64,000 bases of DNA from IMG/VR virus record IMGVR_UViG_3300023235_000015, positions 38,343-102,342 of that record; one strand, 5' to 3'. The stretch's first letter is position 1; each line of letters opens with the position of its first letter. Positions 44,704 through 54,842 of the stretch are shown here, one piece after another. A program made the position numbers and the translations under genes. Origin of the DNA: a virus. The notes under the pieces were generated by a model. That model did not search any database. It worked only from the letters and a program-made list of their open reading frames with translations, and was not told the origin of the DNA.

Positions 44704-45778
44704 TTTAATATTCTTTCTCTTTTACAGTAGTCGGACTGTTAACCGTTTCCCTAACAGGGAACTAAGACATAGGTTGTCGCGTCCTGGAGAGCCTCCCCAG
44801 TAAAAATCTGCGCCCATATCTTAGTTCCCAATTAGTGAATAATCACTAATCAGGAAAAGAGAAGAGAAGAAAGTGCAGTCCGGTCTAGACCTATCTTTCA
44901 CTTAGGCTCAATTAGCTAATTCTGTATCGAAAAGTCGCCTGTATCACGATCTTCCTCAAGTTCACTAATCACGTTCTAATGACCATCACCTTAAGAGTCT
45001 GTAGTCCTATTGACTTTCGCACGGATAGGTAAGTCTCACCCATCTAATTGAGCACTGCATTCTTCATCCCTCATCTACCTAATCACTATTCCTAGTGAGT
45101 CTCCACGCCATATGACTTTCGGCGGCCCGGTAAAGGGAAGAAGGTTCCGGCGGATATTTGGCCGAAACAAAGAGGCCGGAACTCCCATCTCTGGGGCGAC
45201 ACCTCTTTTTGAATCAATCTCCACCCTATACCATACGCCACCTGGATGCAACCGCCAGTAAAAAATTGGCTCTGTGTGCAGGATTCTCAGACCGTGCCAT
45301 TGAAGAAACAGAATGTTCACTACTGGCAAGCACCAGCCGGCAAGTCAATTTTTTGGCTTTGCTACTGGTAATCGCCGCCAGGGCTGATGCTATCCCTGCA
45401 CAGGGACGTTCAGCCATCCCCTAGCGGATAACCCTCGCGGCGGGAAAACATGCCTGTGCAGCGCTCTCAGATGCCTTTACTGGCAATTGAGGTCGGCAGA
45501 AAGTGACCACAAATGCATGGACGATACCCCTTTGTGCGAATTGTCACAAGCGGCCTCGATGTACCTATGCTCATAATTCCTCCCCATAGTTTAAGTTTCA
45601 TAATAGTAGTATAGTACGTTACTATCATTCCTACGACTTTCCCCAAGTGCCACAAAGTTGAAAAAGCGCCACAAGATTTGAATGCCAGAGCCAAAAGACA
45701 CAAAATGCCCCTAGGGTTTTATAAGGTTATTAGGCGCATTTTCAAATCTACGTAGTACAATTCTGAGAATTACACAAG

Positions 45779-46177
45779 CTAATAGATACAAAACCGGAGT
45801 AACGAGTAAGATTTTATATCTAATTGTTCTGTAGTCATACCTACATCGTAATTTTTTTTAGGTGATGGATCAAAAACGACTTTATCATCAAACATAACAA
45901 TACAATGATTTTTGCCTATTAGATTCAGAGAGGGTACTGAGGCGATCCAATATCCTGCTGTGAAAAACCATACACCCTCTAAGATAGCGTTCTCCGCAAT
46001 CTCAATAATTGTGATTCCAAACTTTTCTAATAAATCAGCGTTCCATTGTCGGAACCACTCATCACCATAATTACCATATGAATGTAGACAGGGTATTTCA
46101 TCTGAATGAACTTCTAAGATAGAAGCTATACATGCCGCGAAACAATTTCTGTCTGTTGTTTGTTTAATTCCTATCAT
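45779..46177 (-). CDS. Small papain-fold (C39-like) peptidase-like protein
   Basis: Q.....CFAACIASIL, HCIV and VFDP give a Gln/Cys/His/Asp pattern. Confidence 0.5.
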   Translation of the reverse strand: MIGIKQTTDRNCFAACIASILEVHSDEIPCLHSYGNYGDEWFRQWNADLLEKFGITIIEIAENAILEGVWFFTAGYWIASVPSLNLIGKNHCIVMFDDKVVFDPSPKKNYDVGMTTEQLDIKSYSLLRFCIY

Positions 46178-47270
46178 CTAAATCTAACATTCTTTGTAAG
46201 TGGTAAGATGCCTTTATTGATTCATTTTTACGTTCTACAGCATCATACGTAGTGTATATACTTTGTAAGTGGTAAGCTCTCCACTTCTTATGCCAAGCGT
46301 ATTTAAGTTTATTCATTATTGTTTTTTGTAAACTCGGCGGCAATTTTCTTAATCTTATTCAATACAGGCGGCACTCTATCTTCCCAAACTTCAGGAGCAA
46401 CATATCCTAGTTGGTTAATTAAAGTTTCAATTTGTTGAAATGCTTCTGTTTCTTTACCCATTATATTTCCTTTCAGCAGTATTAGCTTCTGTTCCTTCGA
46501 ACCTTAGAATATGACCAGCGCCAGCACAAAGCATACAGACCTTGCTGCCTTGTTTACCAACGCCTTTACATCTAGGGCAAATTTTTCTATTAGTTTTCTT
46601 ATTCATAAAATATTAATTCGTTACCGCAATTAGGACAAGCATCCCAATCTTCATCATCATAAATATTATGACAAGACATACACTCAACCATGTTCCAGTT
46701 CATTATCTAACTTTCTTTCTAGTTCTGTAATTTGTTTTGTTAAGCTTAGAATTTTTATTTCTGATTGTGTTATTCGTGTCCAAGCCGGACCAAGTGCTGC
46801 ACCAGCCTCCATTCTAAAAGTACTCTTTTGGGATTCGTCAAATTGCTCCCAAAAATCAGAAGTAGAAATACCTTCCATATTTTGTAAATCAGCTAAATGT
46901 AATGCTCCTAATTCTGTTAGCTCTTTAAATGTCATATAGCTATCACTTTTACAGCAGAACCTAAAGATATATCAAGCTTTACTTTAATTCTTTGTGAGGC
47001 GCTTCCTCTATTATTGAGATAAGCGCGGTTTTTATCATTAGCCATAATTGCTCTAAGCTCTGATATTTCTTTATCTGTTAATTGTATTTGTACTTTATTC
47101 ATCATTGCTTTCTTGGTTGGGTTGGGTGTGCCACTGCTGCAAGGCACGAGTCGCCGCTGCCTTCGCTTCCGCGCTGATCGGTGGGCAGTCGGGGTTTGGT
47201 GTGATCTTGGCGGGCTTGGCTTCGCCGGACCTCACCCTGAATGCCCCGGCTGTGTTGATCTCTATGCCGC

Positions 47271-47678
47271 TCATGCGTCTACCTCCTGGTTGGGTTGCCC
47301 GGCCTCCCGAAACGCATCGGCGGCGAAGAGGAGATCCTCGCCATCGGGTCGGCCCGTGAAGTAGTCGGTTACCTGTTCGGCTAGAGCTTCGGCGGCTTGG
47401 AGTCGGGCTTTCAGCTTGACCTCACGGGCACGGGCTAGGGACAGGTGGTGCTGCCACGCGTTTGACCCCGCTTCCAGTTCCTTGATCCGGGCTTCGGCCC
47501 TTTCCGCGTCGGCAAAGTTGGCGTCGGACTCTGCCTGTAGGGAGTCGGCGATTTCCCTCCACTCCCGGTCGTTCTCGGCTAGGGCTGCTTCGGCTTCTAC
47601 CGCCTTGGCCCATTTGCCGCCTATGTCCTGAACATGGTCAGACTGATCCCATACCGCGTACCGCGTCAGTTCATTCAT
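47271..47678 (-). CDS. Coiled-coil hypothetical protein in a GC-rich patch
   Basis: AERAEARIKELEA heptads; GC-rich codons unlike the flanking genes. Confidence 0.65.
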   Translation of the reverse strand: MNELTRYAVWDQSDHVQDIGGKWAKAVEAEAALAENDREWREIADSLQAESDANFADAERAEARIKELEAGSNAWQHHLSLARAREVKLKARLQAAEALAEQVTDYFTGRPDGEDLLFAADAFREAGQPNQEVDA

Positions 47679-48177
47679 CGTCTACCTCTCATCATTTCAG
47701 TCATATTGTCTTTCAAATAGTTTATTACTTGTACAGGAGAAAGAGAACCGCTCCCGCTGCCGTGTGTCGCGCAAGGGCAAGTAACAGGTATCATATCATA
47801 ATCGTCAGGGGAAGCGTTACAGCCGGGACAGTAGTAATGCGGTTCGCCCCTTAAATTTTGTACCTTATTAAACTTCGTCGCTAAATACTTCATTTATTTT
47901 TTGTCCCCGCTTCCATTCTCTTAGAGTTGCATCTCTTACAGTTATTACTCCTGAAGTAGACCTAAAACTATATGAATGAACTTTATCACCTACTAAAATA
48001 TCTACAGTAGCTTCATAACTAGGAGCAACTGATTTGTAGGGTAAGTATTCATGCCCAAAAAAATCTTCATCAGGGAATACAGCTTTAAATTCTACGCTAA
48101 CTGGTATGTGCGGATTGTCTTTATTTGTATTTATCATAGTACAATGTGTATATATCGAAAAATTGCACAGCTATTCA

Positions 48178-48573
48178 TTAGGGCCAACTTCTGTGGCATT
48201 CATGAATTGACTCTAATCCGTCATATTCATGAATTTCATATTCAATTCCATCAGGAATTTCTAAAACTTCTAATTCAGCATATTCACCAGATGCTTTTTC
48301 TGTGCCTAGTTCTTCTACTACAGCGATTAGGTCAAGATCATCACGCTTAACATTTCTATCATTTATAAATACTTCATTAGTTAAAGTATAATCGCCATTT
48401 GCTTCATCTGCCGCGTGTATTTTCTTATATTCTTCATAAGGTACAGTTGTATAAGCATCTAAAATAGCATCGCGTATTTTGTAAATCTTAATGCCTCTTT
48501 TTTCATAAAGTTTATATAGAGCTTCTTCTGATAAAGAAAACCCTCCCCAAGATGCGTTAATTACTAGTTTCAT
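48178..48573 (-). CDS. Hypothetical phage protein
   Basis: VIN..WGGFSLS, R.D.DLI.VVEELG and EYDG.E.I.E.HR.W resemble a recurring phage family of unknown function. Confidence 0.65.
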   Translation of the reverse strand: MKLVINASWGGFSLSEEALYKLYEKRGIKIYKIRDAILDAYTTVPYEEYKKIHAADEANGDYTLTNEVFINDRNVKRDDLDLIAVVEELGTEKASGEYAELEVLEIPDGIEYEIHEYDGLESIHECHRSWP

Positions 48574-49387
48574 TATTCTCCTGTCTAATTAGGTCTTTAA
48601 TTACAGCTTCTACAATATCTAAGACGGCGCGAGGAATATTTTCACCATACTGGCCCAAATCAGTGTCTTTAAGCACATCAGCACCAGCAAAAACTGCATC
48701 GCCACGATTTTCTACTAGTTTGCCATCTAAAATTGATTGTAATGCTTCAATGTAATTTTTGTTAGTCATTATTTATTTAGTTCTTTCAATTTAGGTAGCC
48801 AATTCTTATAGGCCCAACCTTTACCATAAAATTCAATATCGGCGGCCAATTGATTTAGCTCTTTTTCTTTCAGAGGACTAGTATTAGGTGTGTGCTTTTT
48901 AGCTAAAGACTCGTTAGCAAGCTTCATAGCTCTGTTAGGAGTGTAAAGTTCATTGGTATTAGCGTCAATAGTTCCAAGATTACGTTTATACATCTTGTCT
49001 TTATATGCTAGTTGTTCTCTTATACTCATGTTCATGTTATTTTTTTATTTTTATTGTATCTTTTTGCTAAACGCTTTGCTCCCCAACTTGTTCTACATAC
49101 TTTATGAACTTGTTGACCGTATATTAGAAATTGGCCGAAATTTCTCCATTTATATTCACCATTACTCCAACCTATACCTTCAAACTTTGGTCTGTCGTCA
49201 TATATTGTCATATAATAGAACCCATGTTATCACTCAGCTAGTTGCTTGTATTGTGCTTAAACACTAAAATATTTATTGGTTAGTGATCACTTACGAGCGA
49301 TATAGACAGCTTTAACAAGAGTTATGCTAATTTAGCTTCGTATTAGTATGACTTATGCGAATTAGCATCACTTTAGCGCCTCTTTCT

Positions 49388-50080
49388 TTATAGTTGTATA
49401 TTTACTATGTCGTTTACTGGCTGATAATCGCAATCCATATGGGAAACATTATATAACTTACTTCCCCATTGTTCTGTATACCCATATCCTTCATGAATAT
49501 GACCGTGAATGTTAATTGGGATTGGATTGCCTATACGCTCTCTAGCTTGAAACTTTAAAGCTAGTTCTTCGCATCCAACATGTTCTCCATAAGTTTTTCC
49601 AGCTAGTGCGTCATTTACGCCCATAGGAGGTCCATGAGATACTAGGATATCTACATCATTTTTTATGAGGTTGAACTGATTAATTAGTTTTTCTTCATCC
49701 CCATAAAATGCCCAATTTCTTAGGCGCGGAACCCACGGAGTTCCGTGAATGTTTAGACCTTTGTAAGTCATACTCTCATCTTGAAGATAATCACAAAACA
49801 AGTTTTCATTGGCCCAAAATTTAAAATCTTTATGCTGCATTACAAAGTCGTGATTTCCAGCAATTAGAATAACTTTATGCGCTTTAGTCTTTACGCCGTT
49901 TATCCAAGGTACAAATACTTGCTTTAGCCAATTTGACTGAGTAATAATATCATGGCTAGTTTGCCAAGGACAACTATCGCCAGCGATAATAAATACATCG
50001 CATTCTGGAATACGATGATGTTCTGGCAAGTCACCATGTAAATCGCTTGTAGCATAAACTGTTAGATTTTTATTCATCAT
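49388..50080 (-). CDS. Calcineurin-like metallophosphoesterase
   Basis: SDLHG, AGD, AGNHD, SHGPP and HGHIHE motifs. Confidence 0.9.
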   Translation of the reverse strand: MMNKNLTVYATSDLHGDLPEHHRIPECDVFIIAGDSCPWQTSHDIITQSNWLKQVFVPWINGVKTKAHKVILIAGNHDFVMQHKDFKFWANENLFCDYLQDESMTYKGLNIHGTPWVPRLRNWAFYGDEEKLINQFNLIKNDVDILVSHGPPMGVNDALAGKTYGEHVGCEELALKFQARERIGNPIPINIHGHIHEGYGYTEQWGSKLYNVSHMDCDYQPVNDIVNIQL

Positions 50081-50098
50081 TCCTTTCTATAAGATTGT

Positions 50099-50158
50099 GG
50101 TCACTAGAGGTTTTCAGGAGAGAGAGAAAGGAAAGTACCCTACTAGCCTCTAGTGACC
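50099..50158 (-). ncRNA. Stem-loop with a pyrimidine-rich, anti-Shine-Dalgarno-like loop
   Basis: Perfect 12-bp stem GGTCACTAGAGG/CCTCTAGTGACC enclosing CTTTCCTTTCTCTCTCTCC. Extended -10 TGTGATATACT at 50188-50198. Confidence 0.55.
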
Positions 50159-50193
50159 GGAGTGGCTTACTCACACCCGCTAAGCGGAGTATA

Positions 50194-51618
50194 TCACAGA
50201 TGGGCCGGGGGCGCGTCGTGGGCCTGAGCTAGCTCTAGGAGGGTGTCCCGCTCGTTCAGGATCGGCTTGTCTAGTACGACCTCCACTAGCTCGTTTAGAA
50301 CCTCTCCTATTTTTGGACCTTTTTCAATACCAATCCCAATTAGGTCATTTCCATCAATAGCTAAATGACTAACACTAGTTGGTTGTTCGGCTTGCCTTAC
50401 ATGATCTATCAGAGAGATTTCGTTTTCAAGATCATATACTTTTTCCAACCTTGAAGGGTATTCAGTCTTACCACCCTGATCCGCCCATCTGATATTTATT
50501 AGATCATCAGCGTTGTCTCCTACTTTATGGATAAACTTACGAGCGCCTTTAGCAGTCGTAAATGGAGGATACATATGAAATTTAACTAGATCAGTAACGC
50601 GCTTAATTCTTTCATTTGAATAAGTTAGACGTTTCATTAAAGCTTTAGTCATTTCAGCACCTAATTCCTCATGTTGTTGTCCTACAAAAGAACCATCATC
50701 ATATACTTTCTTGTAAAAGTGACTTCCACCAGTTTCAGGGTCAGTCCATTGTGAACCCGGCTTACCTATATCATGTAGCAGAGCAGCTAGTCTAACATCA
50801 GGATCATCTGTCTTTACACTAACGTACTCTAGTACAGATACAAGATGCTGCCCTAGTTGCTGCTGGTGATGTTTATTATTTTGATTATATCCAACACAAT
50901 CATTAACTTCCGGCAGAATATATTTAAGTACGTCACATTCAATTGCTAGTCTAATACCAGCAGCGGGATTTTTAGATTCCATTAGCTTATCTAGCTCATA
51001 TCGAATTCTTTCTGCTGATTCTCCAACTATATTAGCGCCATTGTTTTTCATAATTTCCTTAGTCTGAACAGTTGGGATAAGTCCAAACCTAGCGTAAGCT
51101 ACAAGCGCCCTTAGAATACGAATTGGATCTTCATTCAGAGAGTCAGGATTAACTTGCACTAGCGTACTAGTATTTATATCGTTTAGTCCACCATGTGGAT
51201 CAATTAGCTCATCTGTATCTAAATCAATAGCCATAGCGTTTACAGTAAAGTCTCTTCTAAATAAATCATCCTCTACAGTAGTACCAACGCTAAGTTCTAC
51301 ATCAAACTGTTTATGACCTACACCAGTAGATATTTCTATGCGAGGCATAGAAATCTCCACTTCACTTCCGTCTTTACTAGTGTAGCGGAATACGCCAAAA
51401 CTAATTCCCGTATAATTTACATAACCGTCTAAAACTAAAAGTGTCTTATCTATTTCTTTATCTGTTAGGTCTGTAACCATGAGGTCTACATCATTAGGCT
51501 CTACGCCCATGTATGCGTCACGGACATAGCCACCAACTACATAAACTTTGCCGCCAGCTTTCTGTAGTGCCTCTGTAGCCTCACAAGATGCCTTATCAAA
51601 TCTATCTTGTGTTTTCAT
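50194..51618 (-). CDS. cca: CCA-adding tRNA nucleotidyltransferase / poly(A) polymerase family, with HD domain
   Basis: VGGYVRD, DVDL, RRDFTVNAMA, EDPIRILR, ERI..EL.K and LLHDIGK motifs. Confidence 0.9.
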   Translation of the reverse strand: MKTQDRFDKASCEATEALQKAGGKVYVVGGYVRDAYMGVEPNDVDLMVTDLTDKEIDKTLLVLDGYVNYTGISFGVFRYTSKDGSEVEISMPRIEISTGVGHKQFDVELSVGTTVEDDLFRRDFTVNAMAIDLDTDELIDPHGGLNDINTSTLVQVNPDSLNEDPIRILRALVAYARFGLIPTVQTKEIMKNNGANIVGESAERIRYELDKLMESKNPAAGIRLAIECDVLKYILPEVNDCVGYNQNNKHHQQQLGQHLVSVLEYVSVKTDDPDVRLAALLHDIGKPGSQWTDPETGGSHFYKKVYDDGSFVGQQHEELGAEMTKALMKRLTYSNERIKRVTDLVKFHMYPPFTTAKGARKFIHKVGDNADDLINIRWADQGGKTEYPSRLEKVYDLENEISLIDHVRQAEQPTSVSHLAIDGNDLIGIGIEKGPKIGEVLNELVEVVLDKPILNERDTLLELAQAHDAPPAHL

Positions 51619-52102
51619 ATTATCTTTCTTGTTAGAACTTATGAGTGTAAGTCTTAGTTGTAGTTGAAATTACTCTGTAAAAAAACAAATCGTCATTATT
51701 TACCCAAATTCTGACACCATCTAAGTTAAATGAAAACAAATCACTAAGATGTTCAATTGCATCTTCTATATATATATATCTAGTTAATTCAGCCCAACTA
51801 GAGTCTTTAGAAATATTTTGATTATAATTACATCTTTGAACTTTGTGTATACCCTTAAAATCATCCATTATCTTGCCAATCTTCTTGTACGGTTGCCAAC
51901 CTTTTTTACGGCACGACGCTTGCGTGTACGAGCGCCCAACGAGGGCTTTGTAAAGCACCCTACGGCACGTTTCATCATTCTACCATATCTGCGTATCTCT
52001 TGCCTATTCATGTTCGTAGTCGGGTCTAGGCGCTTTAGATCAATCTTATTTGGTTGTGTGTGTTCTGATGTATCTGTTTCTTTTGGATTCATAATTCTTT
52101 CC

Positions 52103-52669
52103 TTATAGGTTTTTTGCGCGTCTTATAGAATAGCCTGATCTTGTTGAGCCTTTAGCACTTTGCCATCTAGAGGGATTCGCTCCGCTAGTATCAAACTTTA
52201 CTCCACCTTTGAAAATCATAAACGTGTGGCCGGAATTAGCATAAACAGTTAGCCAGTTGCCTTTACCTGCTTTTCCCCATCCTGCAAGACCACCGCTTGT
52301 AAGAGGGCTAGACAATAGATTACCACCCCTAAGAGCATAAGATAACGAACCTGAACAATCATAGCCTGAATCTTTCCAAGCTCCGTGACCGCCTCCCCAT
52401 TTGTAAGGGGTGTGGCTGATTCTATTAGCTGCGCGGATAATTCTTTTAATTCGTACAGGTGCATTAGTTGGAGCGATTGCTTTTCCATTTTTTAGTTTTA
52501 CTTTCTTTGAAAGATTTTTTTCTACAACAGTAATGCCGCCGCTAAATCTTTTTGCGTTAGCTGTATCTGAAAACCAAAATCCAAAAACTAAACATAAAGA
52601 TAAAAATAACCAGACATAAAAAGCTGTTAACTTAGTTCTTTCGTGTCTCATTATAGTCCACACTCCCAA
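52103..52669 (-). CDS. Secreted NlpC/P60-like cell-wall peptidase
   Basis: Signal/TM segment, PYKWGGGH, YDCSG and GHTFM. Confidence 0.85.
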   Translation of the reverse strand: MGVWTIMRHERTKLTAFYVWLFLSLCLVFGFWFSDTANAKRFSGGITVVEKNLSKKVKLKNGKAIAPTNAPVRIKRIIRAANRISHTPYKWGGGHGAWKDSGYDCSGSLSYALRGGNLLSSPLTSGGLAGWGKAGKGNWLTVYANSGHTFMIFKGGVKFDTSGANPSRWQSAKGSTRSGYSIRRAKNL

Positions 52670-53259
52670 CCAGTAGTAGGGCCGTGACCTGATACTGCTC
52701 TTTGTCCTACTCGTATGGCTGCGTATCCATGATACGGACTAGGATAACTAGGTAGCTTTCCAGCCTTAGTAATATGAACTTTTTGTTTTACCGTCTTTCT
52801 AGGTTTTTTAATCCAGCCTCTAAGATGGCTCCATTTACGGTAGCGTACAATCTTTTTATTGACAGTCTTAGTATTTTTCAGTACAACTTTTCTAGGAGTA
52901 CCCGGCCACATTGAATCCCAAATAGGGCCGAACTGTAATAGTCCTTGATACTGTCCATTACCTGCTGACCAATTGAATGTTGATTCGCAACGAATTCTAT
53001 TGATTAGAGTAGGACCGCCCCACTTAGCTTGTTCAGAAGCAGCAATTTCATATACTTCACTTACTGATGGAGTACCAGTAGGTACAAACTTTACATTTTT
53101 CTTTACATTCTTAGGCGGCTTGTGCCATTTTTCTTTTACTACGTATGCTTTTTTACTTTTGGCTTCACTTTCTGATGTACTTGATAAATAAATTCCTAAT
53201 GACGCTGCGATTATAATTAATAGTGCAACAGCAAATTTGTGTGTTTTTGTAAAACTCAT
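52651..53259 (-). CDS. Secreted lytic transglycosylase-like (SLT/Rpf-like) protein
   Basis: Signal peptide and RCES...A.NG.Y.GLLQF motif. Confidence 0.65.
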   Translation of the reverse strand: MSFTKTHKFAVALLIIIAASLGIYLSSTSESEAKSKKAYVVKEKWHKPPKNVKKNVKFVPTGTPSVSEVYEIAASEQAKWGGPTLINRIRCESTFNWSAGNGQYQGLLQFGPIWDSMWPGTPRKVVLKNTKTVNKKIVRYRKWSHLRGWIKKPRKTVKQKVHITKAGKLPSYPSPYHGYAAIRVGQRAVSGHGPTTGWECGL

Positions 53260-54842
53260 AATTTTCCTTGTCTAGCAAACCCGCTTGATACATTGACTTC
53301 TCTATTCTGTTATAAGACACAGAAAGGGCTAGTTGTTAGACAGGGGAACCTCCTTATTAGTGTTTGTTAATAGTCTTTATACAGTCTATCAGACTGTCAG
53401 TGGAATTTGTATGGTACAAATATTACGGTCAAACAGGCATTAAAACTTTATCGCCTGTCTCTACTTGCGTACCAATTGCCTCAGTAATTTCCTCTGAGTT
53501 GGCATTGTCAATCTCGTTGGCGCAGACGATCCTAAAGCGCCCGGTGCTTATTGTATCAGATGGCTCGACGGGAAGCCCCTTGATGGTATCCCAATCCAGC
53601 CGCTCAACCTCAAATGGGTTCATGAGTACCTTTACAGCCGGAAACTCACAGTTGTTGTTATGAGCATCTATACCCTCTGAAATAACTTTTAGATTTTTAG
53701 CTTCAGACTTTGAACTCAATTGTCTCACTCCATCCTGTTTTTTTATGTTCATTCCAATCTTTAAGTTCAATTTTTAAAAGTTCTTTAATTTTTTTCACTT
53801 TTTTCCTTGCAGCATCTATATTTTTTACTCTATACATTTGTTCGCTTGTGTGTCTTGTATAATCAAGTGCTGAATCTACAGCCCAAAAATTTGTATCTGG
53901 AATATCTCTGCCTCTCATAATAAATATTTTATATTTACCGTCAGGACTAGCGATAACTTTAATTGTTACTGTATTAGCTTTCATTTATATCCTCAGTGTA
54001 AATTTTATAACCTTTTGCCTTTCCATCTTTCCAAATCCAAGCGTAGAAAACATCCCAATAGCGTAAGTCCATCCACGCTATCTCAATTTCGTCAGCTTCG
54101 TGTGCTTCTGGCAGAGATTTTACGTGTTCTAAAATCTTTTCTTCTACCTCTCTGCGTTCAGCTTGTTCTTTTTCTTTAGCCTTTGAAGCTGCTCTACTAG
54201 CAGAACGTTTCTCGCCAGCACTCATTGTATTTTCTTCTTGCGGGAATTCAGCATCTTCTAGCCTAGAGATATATCCGCCGCGACCTCTATAGCTCTGGAT
54301 AAGCTCATTATCTTTCATCCATTTTTTAGCTTCTTTAATTTTGCCAATATTTAAGTCAGTAAGTTTTTTTAAGTCTTTTTCAGACCACTTACTGCCATCT
54401 TCAGGCAGAACATCCCAAATTTCTTTAGCCTCTTTGCGCATTAAACACCTTTCTTACAACATCTTGCGCCTCTTTAAATGATCTTGCCGCTCCATCAGCA
54501 AACGCTTGATCTTCATGTGTTTCGGCAGAAGCAAATCCACCTTCAATAGCGCCTTGCTCTTTCCTAAATAATTCTTCTATAATAGCAAGTTTTATTTCAT
54601 AAAGAACATTAGCTGTGCGTCGTTCTTCTTCTGTTGGTGTATAAAAATTTACTTCCATACTCATAATAACCCTTCTATAACGTATTCTTTCTCTAAGTCA
54701 TTTATAAGCCATCTTAGATCGCGCACTAGCCGCCATGTATCTTCGGGCGCATGTTCCACACACTGATCACCATACTCAGCTAGTTCATTTAGTCTCTGTA
54801 GTAATTCTTCTTTATCCATTATAGCCTTTCATAATGTTATAT

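Larger units (their letters stand above)
42882..45382. promoter_or_regulatory. Nine copies of the dyad motif CCTGG-N9-CCAGTA (candidate protein-binding sites)
   Basis: Plus orientation at 42882, 43522, 43685, 43980, 44014, 44048, 44783 and 45241; reverse orientation at 45363-45382. All outside the convincing ORFs, with a fixed 9-bp spacer. Confidence 0.75.

Noticed and set aside
45075-45703. Several short ORFs on both strands
   Set aside because: They overlap each other, lack phage-type RBSs and motifs, and are expected by chance in GC-richer non-coding DNA.
46192-46276. 16-bp direct repeat CTTTGTAAGTGGTAAG, two copies
   Set aside because: Only two copies, 69 bp apart, apparently within a small ORF. 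It is most simply an internal coding duplication.
53260-53428. c-di-AMP (ydaO) riboswitch upstream of an Rpf-like gene
   Set aside because: The context is suggestive, but the conserved GAAUCC, GGGGAACC and CAGCUAAC elements are not present on the sense strand.
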